Source of the DNA: Eledone cirrhosa
Lineage: Eukaryota
Assembly: GCA_964016885.1 (NCBI GenBank)
Contig: OZ024753.1
Coordinates: 25,110,001 to 25,174,000, forward strand
Direction of reading: 5' to 3'
DNA length: 64,000 nt
The position numbers were made by a program, and so were the translations under genes. This document shows, one piece after another, positions 47,501 through 60,240 of the stretch (positions are counted from its first letter, which is position 1; each line of letters starts with the position of its first letter). The notes beneath the pieces are model-generated. The model was not told where the DNA came from. It did not search any database and worked only from the letters and a program-made list of their open reading frames with translations.

Positions 47501-50500
47501 TCCAGTCAAGACATAGAAACATGATAGTAATAACTCCAGTCAAGACATAGAAACATGATAGTAATAACTCCAACCAAGATATAGAAACAGGATAGTAATA
47601 ACTCCAACCAAGATATAGAAACAGGATAGTAATAACTCCAGCCAAGATATAGAAACAGGATAGTAATAACTCCAACCAAGACATAGAAACAGGATAGTAA
47701 TAACTCCAACCAAGACATAGAAACAGGATAGTAATAACTCCAACCAAGATATAGAAAGATGATAGTAATAACTCCAACCAAGATATAGAAACATGATAGT
47801 AATAACTCCAACCAAGACATAGAAACAGGATAGTAATAACTCCAACCAAGACATAGAAACAGGATAGTAATAACCCCAGAGAAGACATAGAAACAGGATA
47901 GTAATAACTCCAGACAAGACATAGAAACATGATAGTAATAACTCCAACCAAGATATAGAAACATGATAGTAATAACTCCAACCAAGACATAGAAACAGGA
48001 TAGTAATAACTCCAACCAAGACATAGAAACAGGATAGTAATAACTCCAAACAAGACATAGAAACAGGATAGTAATAACTCCAGACAAGACATAGAAACAT
48101 GATAGTAATAACTCCAGCCAAGACATAGAAACATGATAGTAATAATCCCGACAAGATATAGAAACATGATAGTAATAACTCCAGTCGAGACATAGAAACA
48201 TGATAGAAATAACTCCAGTCAAGATATAGAAACATGATAGTAATAACTCCAGTCAAGATATAGAAACATGATAGTAATAACTCCAATCAAGACATAGAAA
48301 CATGATAGTAATAACTCCAGTCTAGATATAGAAACATGATAGTAATAACTCCAGTCAAGATATAGAAACATGATAGTAATAACTCCAACCAAGACATAGA
48401 AACATGATAGTAATAACTCCAGTCAAGATATAGAAACATAATAGTAATAACTCCAATCAAGGTATAGAAACATGATAGTAATAACTCCAGTCAAGATATA
48501 GAAACATGATAGTAATATCTCCAGCCAAGATATAGAAACATGATAGTAATAACTCCAACCAAGACATAGAAACATGATAGTAATAACTCCAACCGAGACA
48601 TAGAAACAGGATAGTAATAACTCCAACCAAGATATAAAAACAGAATAGTAATAACTCCAACCAAAATATAGAAACATGATAGTAATAACTCCAAGCAAGA
48701 TGTAGAAACAGGATAGTAATAACTCCAACCAAGACATAGAAACAGGATCGTAATAACTCCAACCAAAATATGGAAACATGATAGTAATAACTGCAATCAA
48801 GACATAGAAACAGGATAGTAATAACTCCAACCAAGACATAGAAACAGGATAGTAATAACTCCAACCAAGACATAGAAACAGGATAGTAATAACTCCAACC
48901 AAGACATAGAAACAGGATAGTAATAACTCCAGCCAAGATATAGAAACAGGATAGTAATAACTCCAACCAAGATATAGAAACAGGATAGTAATAACTCCAG
49001 CCAAGATATAGAAACAGGATAGTAATAACTCCAACCAAGACATAGAAACAGGATAGTAATAACTCCAACCAAGACATAGAAACAGGATAGTAATAACTCC
49101 AGCCAAGATATAGAAACAGGATAGTAATAACTCCAACCAAGACATAGAAACAGGATAGTAATAACTCCAACCAAGATATAGAAACATGATAGTAATAACT
49201 CCAGCCAAGATATAGAAACAGGATAGTAATAACTCCAACCAAGACATAGAAACAGGATAGTAATAACTCCAACCAAGATATAGAAACATGATAGTAATAA
49301 CTCCAACCAAGACATAGAAACAGGATAGTAATAACTCCAACCAAGATATAGAAACATGATAATAATAACTCCAACCAAAATATAGAAACATGATAGTAAT
49401 AACTCCAAACAAGATATAGAAACATGACAGTAATAACTCCAACCAAGACATAGAAACATGATAGTAATAACTCCAGTCAAGATATAGAAACATGATAGTA
49501 ATAACCCCAATCAAGTTATAGAAACAAGATAGTAATAACTCCAACCAAGACATAGAAACATGATAGTAATAACTCCCGCCAAGATATAGAAACATGATAG
49601 TAATAACTCCAACCAAGACATAGAAACAGGATAGTAATAACTCCAACCAAGACATAGAAACAGGATAGTAATAACTCCAGACAAGACATAGAAACATGAT
49701 AGTAATAACTCCAGCCAAGACATAGAAACATGATAGTAATAATCCCGACAAGATATAGAAACATGATAGTAATAACTCCAGTCGAGACATAGAAACATGA
49801 TAGAAATAACTCCAGTCAAGATATAGAAACATGATAGTAATAACTCCAATCAAGGTATAGAAACATGATAGTAATAACTCCAGTCAAGATATAGAAACAT
49901 GATAGTAATAACTCCAACCAAGACATAGAAACAGGATAGTAATAACTCCAACCAAGACATAGAAACAGGATAGTAATAACTCCAGACAAGACATAGAAAC
50001 ATGATAGTAATAACTCCAGCCAAGACATAGAAACATGATAGTAATAATCACGACAAGATATAGAAACATGATAGTAATAACTCCAGTCGAGACATAGAAA
50101 CATGATAGAAATAACTCCAGTCAAGATATAGAAACATAATAGTAATAACTCCAATCAAGGTATAGAAACATGATAGTAATAACTCCAGTCAAGATATAGA
50201 AACATGATAGTAATATCTCCAGCCAAGATATAGAAACATGATAGTAATAACTCCAACCAAGACATAGAAACATGATAGTAATAACTCCAACCGAGACATA
50301 GAAACAGGATAGTAATAACTCCAACCAAGATATAGAAACAGAATAGTAATAACTCCAACCAAAATATAGAAACATGATAGTAATAACTCCAAGCAAGATA
50401 TAGAAACAGGATAGTAATAACTCCAACCAAGACATAGAAACAGGATCGTAATAACTCCAACCAAAATATGGAAACATGATAGTAATAACTGCAATCAAAA

Positions 50501-53500
50501 CATAGAAACAGGATAGTAATAACTCCAACCAAGACATAGAAACAGGATAGTAATAACTCCAACCAAGACATAGAAACAGGATAGTAATAACTCCAACCAA
50601 GACATAGAAACAGGATAGTAATAACTCCAGCCAAGATATAGAAACAGGATAGTAATAACTCCAACCAAGATATAGAAACAGGATAGTAATAACTCCAGCC
50701 AAGATATAGAAACAGGATAGTAATAACTCCAACCAAGACATAGAAACAGGATAGTAATAACTCCAACCAAGACATAGAAACAGGATAGTAATAACTCCAG
50801 CCAAGATATAGAAACAGGATAGTAATAACTCCAACCAAGACATAGAAACAGGATAGTAATAACTCCAACCAAGATATAGAAACATGATAGTAATAACTCC
50901 AGCCAAGATATAGAAACAGGATAGTAATAACTCCAACCAAGACATAGAAACAGGATAGTAATAACTCCAACCAAGATATAGAAACATGATAGTAATAACT
51001 CCAACCAAGACATAGAAACAGGATAGTAATAACTCCAACCAAGATATAGAAACATGATAATAATAACTCCAACCAAAATATAGAAACATGATAGTAATAA
51101 CTCCAAACAAGATATAGAAACATGACAGTAATAACTCCAACCAAGACATAGAAACATGATAGTAATAACTCCAGTCAAGATATAGAAACATGATAGTAAT
51201 AACCCCAATCAAGTTATAGAAACAAGATAGTAATAACTCCAACCAAGACATAGAAACATGATAGTAATAACTCCCGCCAAGATATAGAAACATGATAGTA
51301 ATAACTCCAACCAAGACATAGAAACAGGATAGTAATAACTCCAACCAAGACATAGAAACAGGATAGTAATAACTCCAGACAAGACATAGAAACATGATAG
51401 TAATAACTCCAGCCAAGACATAGAAACATGATAGTAATAATCCCGACAAGATATAGAAACATGATAGTAATAACTCCAGTCGAGACATAGAAACATGATA
51501 GAAATAACTCCAGTCAAGATATAGAAACATGATAGTAATAACTCCAATCAAGGTATAGAAACATGATAGTAATAACTCCAGTCAAGATATAGAAACATGA
51601 TAGTAATAACTCCAACCAAGACATAGAAACAGGATAGTAATAACTCCAACCAAGACATAGAAACAGGATAGTAATAACTCCAGACAAGACATAGAAACAT
51701 GATAGTAATAACTCCAGCCAAGACATAGAAACATGATAGTAATAATCACGACAAGATATAGAAACATGATAGTAATAACTCCAGTCGAGACATAGAAACA
51801 TGATAGAAATAACTCCAGTCAAGATATAGAAACATAATAGTAATAACTCCAATCAAGGTATAGAAACATGATAGTAATAACTCCAGTCAAGATATAGAAA
51901 CATGATAGTAATATCTCCAGTCAAGCCATAGAAGCATGATAGTAATAACTCCAGTAAAGACATAGAAACATGATAGTAATAACTCCAACCAAGATATAGA
52001 AACATGATAGTAATAACTCCAGCCAAGACATAGAAACATGATAGTAATAACTCCAGACAAGATATAGAAACATGATAGTAATAACTCCAGTCAAGACATA
52101 GATACATGATAGTAATAACTCCAGTCACGACGTCGAAACAGGATAGTAATAACTCGTGCCAAGATATAGAAACAGGATAGTAATAACTCCAACCAAGACA
52201 TAGAAACAGGATAGTAATAACTCCAACAAAGACATAGAAACAGGATAGTAATAACTCCAACCAAGACATTAGAAACATGATAGTAATAACTCCAACCAAG
52301 ACATATAAACATGATAGTAATAACTCCAACCAAGATATAGAAACAGGATAGTAATAACTCCAGTCAAGACATAGTAACAGGATAGTAATAACTCCAACCA
52401 ATATATAGAAACAGGATAGTAATAACTCCAACCAAAATAGAGAAACAGGATAGTAATAACTCCAACCAAAATATAGAAACGGGATAGTAATAACTCCAGT
52501 CAAGACATAGAAACAGGATAGTAATAACTCCAACCAAGACATACAAACATGATAGTAATAACTTCAGCAAAGACATAGCAACAGCATAGTAATAACTCCA
52601 ACCAAGACATAGAAACATGATAGTAATAACTCCAACCAAGATATAGAAACGGGATTGTAATAGTTCCAACCAAGACAAAGAAACAGGATAGTAATAACTC
52701 CAGTCAAGACATAGAAACATGATAGTAATAACTCCAGTCAAGATATAGAAACATGATAGTAATAACTCCAGTCAAGACATAGAAACATGATAGTAATAAC
52801 TCCAGTCAAGACATAGAAACATGATAGTAATAACTCCAACCAAGATATAGAAACAGGATAGTAATAACTCCAACCAAGATATAGAAACAGGATAGTAATA
52901 ACTCCAGCCAAGATATAGAAACAGGATAGTAATAACTCCAACCAAGACATAGAAACAGGATAGTAATAACTCCAACCAAGACATAGAAACAGGATAGTAA
53001 TAACTCCAACCAAGATATAGAAAGATGATAGTAATAACTCCAACCAAGATATAGAAACATGATAGTAATAACTCCAACCAAGACATAGAAACAGGATAGT
53101 AATAACTCCAACCAAGACATAGAAACAGGATAGTAATAACCCCAGAGAAGACATAGAAACAGGATAGTAATAACTCCAGACAAGACATAGAAACATGATA
53201 GTAATAACTCCAACCAAGATATAGAAACATGATAGTAATAACTCCAACCAAGACATAGAAACAGGATAGTAATAACTCCAACCAAGACATAGAAACAGGA
53301 TAGTAATAACTCCAAACAAGACATAGAAACAGGATAGTAATAACTCCAGACAAGACATAGAAACATGATAGTAATAACTCCAGCCAAGACATAGAAACAT
53401 GATAGTAATAATCCCGACAAGATATAGAAACATGATAGTAATAACTCCAGTCGAGACATAGAAACATGATAGAAATAACTCCAGTCAAGATATAGAAACA

Positions 53501-56500
53501 TGATAGTAATAACTCCAGTCAAGATATAGAAACATGATAGTAATAACTCCAATCAAGACATAGAAACATGATAGTAATAACTCCAGTCTAGATATAGAAA
53601 CATGATAGTAATAACTCCAGTCAAGATATAGAAACATGATAGTAATAACTCCAACCAAGACATAGAAACATGATAGTAATAACTCCAGTCAAGATATAGA
53701 AACATAATAGTAATAACTCCAATCAAGGTATAGAAACATGATAGTAATAACTCCAGTCAAGATATAGAAACATGATAGTAATATCTCCAGCCAAGATATA
53801 GAAACATGATAGTAATAACTCCAACCAAGACATAGAAACATGATAGTAATAACTCCAACCGAGACATAGAAACAGGATAGTAATAACTCCAACCAAGATA
53901 TAAAAACAGAATAGTAATAACTCCAACCAAAATATAGAAACATGATAGTAATAACTCCAAGCAAGATGTAGAAACAGGATAGTAATAACTCCAACCAAGA
54001 CATAGAAACAGGATCGTAATAACTCCAACCAAAATATGGAAACATGATAGTAATAACTGCAATCAAGACATAGAAACAGGATAGTAATAACTCCAACCAA
54101 GACATAGAAACAGGATAGTAATAACTCCAACCAAGACATAGAAACAGGATAGTAATAACTCCAACCAAGACATAGAAACAGGATAGTAATAACTCCAGCC
54201 AAGATATAGAAACAGGATAGTAATAACTCCAACCAAGATATAGAAACAGGATAGTAATAACTCCAGCCAAGATATAGAAACAGGATAGTAATAACTCCAA
54301 CCAAGACATAGAAACAGGATAGTAATAACTCCAACCAAGACATAGAAACAGGATAGTAATAACTCCAGCCAAGATATAGAAACAGGATAGTAATAACTCC
54401 AACCAAGACATAGAAACAGGATAGTAATAACTCCAACCAAGATATAGAAACATGATAGTAATAACTCCAGCCAAGATATAGAAACAGGATAGTAATAACT
54501 CCAACCAAGACATAGAAACAGGATAGTAATAACTCCAACCAAGATATAGAAACATGATAGTAATAACTCCAACCAAGACATAGAAACAGGATAGTAATAA
54601 CTCCAACCAAGATATAGAAACATGATAATAATAACTCCAACCAAAATATAGAAACATGATAGTAATAACTCCAAACAAGATATAGAAACATGACAGTAAT
54701 AACTCCAACCAAGACATAGAAACATGATAGTAATAACTCCAGTCAAGATATAGAAACATGATAGTAATAACCCCAATCAAGTTATAGAAACAAGATAGTA
54801 ATAACTCCAACCAAGACATAGAAACATGATAGTAATAACTCCCGCCAAGATATAGAAACATGATAGTAATAACTCCAACCAAGACATAGAAACAGGATAG
54901 TAATAACTCCAACCAAGACATAGAAACAGGATAGTAATAACTCCAGACAAGACATAGAAACATGATAGTAATAACTCCAGCCAAGACATAGAAACATGAT
55001 AGTAATAATCCCGACAAGATATAGAAACATGATAGTAATAACTCCAGTCGAGACATAGAAACATGATAGAAATAACTCCAGTCAAGATATAGAAACATGA
55101 TAGTAATAACTCCAATCAAGGTATAGAAACATGATAGTAATAACTCCAGTCAAGATATAGAAACATGATAGTAATAACTCCAACCAAGACATAGAAACAG
55201 GATAGTAATAACTCCAACCAAGACATAGAAACAGGATAGTAATAACTCCAGACAAGACATAGAAACATGATAGTAATAACTCCAGCCAAGACATAGAAAC
55301 ATGATAGTAATAATCACGACAAGATATAGAAACATGATAGTAATAACTCCAGTCGAGACATAGAAACATGATAGAAATAACTCCAGTCAAGATATAGAAA
55401 CATAATAGTAATAACTCCAATCAAGGTATAGAAACATGATAGTAATAACTCCAGTCAAGATATAGAAACATGATAGTAATATCTCCAGCCAAGATATAGA
55501 AACATGATAGTAATAACTCCAACCAAGACATAGAAACATGATAGTAATAACTCCAACCGAGACATAGAAACAGGATAGTAATAACTCCAACCAAGATATA
55601 GAAACAGAATAGTAATAACTCCAACCAAAATATAGAAACATGATAGTAATAACTCCAAGCAAGATATAGAAACAGGATAGTAATAACTCCAACCAAGACA
55701 TAGAAACAGGATCGTAATAACTCCAACCAAAATATGGAAACATGATAGTAATAACTGCAATCAAAACATAGAAACAGGATAGTAATAACTCCAACCAAGA
55801 CATAGAAACAGGATAGTAATAACTCCAACCAAGACATAGAAACAGGATAGTAATAACTCCAACCAAGACATAGAAACAGGATAGTAATAACTCCAGCCAA
55901 GATATAGAAACAGGATAGTAATAACTCCAACCAAGATATAGAAACAGGATAGTAATAACTCCAGCCAAGATATAGAAACAGGATAGTAATAACTCCAACC
56001 AAGACATAGAAACAGGATAGTAATAACTCCAACCAAGACATAGAAACAGGATAGTAATAACTCCAGCCAAGATATAGAAACAGGATAGTAATAACTCCAA
56101 CCAAGACATAGAAACAGGATAGTAATAACTCCAACCAAGATATAGAAACATGATAGTAATAACTCCAGCCAAGATATAGAAACAGGATAGTAATAACTCC
56201 AACCAAGACATAGAAACAGGATAGTAATAACTCCAACCAAGATATAGAAACATGATAGTAATAACTCCAACCAAGACATAGAAACAGGATAGTAATAACT
56301 CCAACCAAGATATAGAAACATGATAATAATAACTCCAACCAAAATATAGAAACATGATAGTAATAACTCCAAACAAGATATAGAAACATGACAGTAATAA
56401 CTCCAACCAAGACATAGAAACATGATAGTAATAACTCCAGTCAAGATATAGAAACATGATAGTAATAACCCCAATCAAGTTATAGAAACAAGATAGTAAT

Positions 56501-57186
56501 AACTCCAACCAAGACATAGAAACATGATAGTAATAACTCCCGCCAAGATATAGAAACATGATAGTAATAACTCCAACCAAGACATAGAAACAGGATAGTA
56601 ATAACTCCAACCAAGACATAGAAACAGGATAGTAATAACTCCAGACAAGACATAGAAACATGATAGTAATAACTCCAGCCAAGACATAGAAACATGATAG
56701 TAATAATCCCGACAAGATATAGAAACATGATAGTAATAACTCCAGTCGAGACATAGAAACATGATAGAAATAACTCCAGTCAAGATATAGAAACATGATA
56801 GTAATAACTCCAATCAAGGTATAGAAACATGATAGTAATAACTCCAGTCAAGATATAGAAACATGATAGTAATAACTCCAACCAAGACATAGAAACAGGA
56901 TAGTAATAACTCCAACCAAGACATAGAAACAGGATAGTAATAACTCCAGACAAGACATAGAAACATGATAGTAATAACTCCAGCCAAGACATAGAAACAT
57001 GATAGTAATAATCACGACAAGATATAGAAACATGATAGTAATAACTCCAGTCGAGACATAGAAACATGATAGAAATAACTCCAGTCAAGATATAGAAACA
57101 TAATAGTAATAACTCCAATCAAGGTATAGAAACATGATAGTAATAACTCCAGTCAAGATATAGAAACATGATAGTAATATCTCCAG
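46655..57186. repeat. 5266-bp tandem duplication (155 monomers -4) spanning the B/C domain boundary
   Basis: ORF-track pairs lie at 47472/52738, 48423/53689 and 50121/55387. The private variants GATATAAAAACAGAA (~48631/53897) and GCAAGATGTAG (~48695/53961) occur only in these two copies. A hybrid junction lies at 51915-51920. Confidence 0.92.
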
Positions 57187-60100
57187 CCAAGATATAGAAA
57201 CATGATAGTAATAACTCCAACCAAGACATAGAAACATGATAGTAATAACTCCAACCGAGACATAGAAACAGGATAGTAATAACTCCAACCAAGATATAGA
57301 AACAGAATAGTAATAACTCCAACCAAAATATAGAAACATGATAGTAATAACTCCAAGCAAGATATAGAAACAGGATAGTAATAACTCCAACCAAGACATA
57401 GAAACAGGATCGTAATAACTCCAACCAAAATATGGAAACATGATAGTAATAACTGCAATCAAAACATAGAAACAGGATAGTAATAACTCCAACCAAGACA
57501 TAGAAACAGGATAGTAATAACTCCAACCAAGACATAGAAACAGGATAGTAATAACTCCAACCAAGACATAGAAACAGGATAGTAATAACTCCAGCCAAGA
57601 TATAGAAACAGGATAGTAATAACTCCAACCAAGATATAGAAACAGGATAGTAATAACTCCAGCCAAGATATAGAAACAGGATAGTAATAACTCCAACCAA
57701 GACATAGAAACAGGATAGTAATAACTCCAACCAAGACATAGAAACAGGATAGTAATAACTCCAGCCAAGATATAGAAACAGGATAGTAATAACTCCAACC
57801 AAGACATAGAAACAGGATAGTAATAACTCCAACCAAGATATAGAAACATGATAGTAATAACTCCAGCCAAGATATAGAAATAGGATAGTAATAACTCCAA
57901 CCAAGATAGAGAAACAGGATAGTAATAACTCCAACCAAGATATAGAAACATGATAGTAATAACTCCAACCAAGACATAGAAACAGGATAGTAATAACTCC
58001 AACCAAGATATAGAAACATGATAATAATAACTCCAACCAAAATATAGAAACATGATAGTAATAACTCCAAACAAGATATAGAAACATGACAGTAATAACT
58101 CCAACCAAGACATAGAAACATGATAGTAATAACTCCAGTCAAGATATAGAAACATGATAGTAATAACCCCAATCAAGTTATAGAAACATGATAGTAATAA
58201 CTCCAACCAAGACATAGAAACATGATAGTAATAACTCCCGCCAAGATATAGAAACATGATAGTAATAACTCCAACCAAGACATAGAAACAGGATAGTAAT
58301 AACTCCAACCAAGACATAGAAACAGGATAGTAATAACTCCAGACAAGACATAGAAACATGATAGTAATAACTCCAGCCAAGACATAGAAACATGATAGTA
58401 ATAATCCCGACAAGATATAGAAACATGATAGTAATAACTCCAGTCGAGACATAGAAACATGATAGAAATAACTCCAGTCAAGATATAGAAACATGATAGT
58501 AATAACTCCAATCAAGGTATAGAAACATGATAGTAATAACTCCAGTCAAGATATAGAAACATGATAGTAATAACTCCAACCAAGACATAGAAACAGGATA
58601 GTAATAACTCCAACCAAGACATAGAAACAGGATAGTAATAACTCCAGACAAGACATAGAAACATGATAGTAATAACTCCAGCCAAGACATAGAAACATGA
58701 TAGTAATAATCACGACAAGATATAGAAACATGATAGTAATAACTCCAGTCGAGACATAGAAACATGATAGAAATAACTCCAGTCAAGATATAGAAACATA
58801 ATAGTAATAACTCCAATCAAGGTATAGAAACATGATAGTAATAACTCCAGTCAAGATATAGAAACATGATAGTAATATCTCCAGCCAAGATATAGAAACA
58901 TGATAGTAATAACTCCAACCAAGACATAGAAACATGATAGTAATAACTCCAACCGAGACATAGAAACAGGATAGTAATAACTCCAACCAAGATATAGAAA
59001 CAGAATAGTAATAACTCCAACCAAAATATAGAAACATGATAGTAATAACTCCAAGCAAGATATAGAAACAGGATAGTAATAACTCCAACCAAGACATAGA
59101 AACAGGATCGTAATAACTCCAACCAAAATATGGAAACATGATAGTAATAACTGCAATCAAAACATAGAAACAGGATAGTAATAACTCCAACCAAGACATA
59201 GAAACAGGATAGTAATAACTCCAACCAAGACATAGAAACAGGATAGTAATAACTCCAACCAAGACATAGAAACAGGATAGTAATAACTCCAGCCAAGATA
59301 TAGAAACAGGATAGTAATAACTCCAACCAAGATATAGAAACAGGATAGTAATAACTCCAGCCAAGATATAGAAACAGGATAGTAATAACTCCAACCAAGA
59401 CATAGAAACAGGATAGTAATAACTCCAACCAAGACATAGAAACAGGATAGTAATAACTCCAGCCAAGATATAGAAACAGGATAGTAATAACTCCAACCAA
59501 GACATAGAAACAGGATAGTAATAACTCCAACCAAGATATAGAAACATGATAGTAATAACTCCAGCCAAGATATAGAAATAGGATAGTAATAACTCCAACC
59601 AAGACATAGAAACAGGATAGTAATAACTCCAACCAAGATATAGAAACATGATAGTAATAACTCCAACCAAGACATAGAAACAGGATAGTAATAACTCCAA
59701 CCAAGATATAGAAACATGATAATAATAACTCCAACCAAAATATAGAAACATGATAGTAATAACTCCAAACAAGATATAGAAACATGACAGTAATAACTCC
59801 AACCAAGACATAGAAACATGATAGTAATAACTCCAGTCAAGATATAGAAACATGATAGTAATAACCCCAATCAAGTTATAGAAACATGATAGTAATAACT
59901 CCAACCAAGACATAGAAACATGATAGTAATAACTCCCGCCAAGATATAGAAACATGATAGTAATAACTCCAACCAAGACATAGAAACAGGATAGTAATAA
60001 CTCCAACCAAGACATAGAAACAGGATAGTAATAACTCCAGACAAGACATAGAAACATGATAGTAATAACTCCAGCCAAGACATAGAAACATGATAGTAAT

Positions 60101-60240
60101 AATCCCGACAAGATATAGAAACATGATAGTAATAACTCCAGTCGAGACATAGAAACATGATAGAAATAACTCCAGTCAAGATATAGAAACATGATAGTAA
60201 TAACTCCAGTCAAGATATAGAAACATGATAGTAATAACTC
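48423..60240. repeat. 1698-bp HOR (50 monomers -2): 2 copies at 48.4-51.9 kb and about 4 copies at 53.7-60.2 kb, each with a nested 305-bp (9-mer -1) duplication
   Basis: The same ORF-track block starts at 48423, 50121, 53689, 55387, 57085 and 58783. The nested pair 49511/49816 is offset by 305. Confidence 0.92.

Larger units (their letters stand above)
27064..47560. repeat. Satellite domain B, marked by a 35-bp monomer (AGACATTAGAAAC)
   Basis: The +1 monomer starts at 27064, 31281, 33594, 35023, 37030, 38697, 40330, 42031, 43664, 45365 and 46998. Other markers are GGAAAGTATTAA, CGGGATTGTAATAGTTCC, GCCATAGAAGC and GATAGGAACAAC. Boundaries are approximate. Confidence 0.88.
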
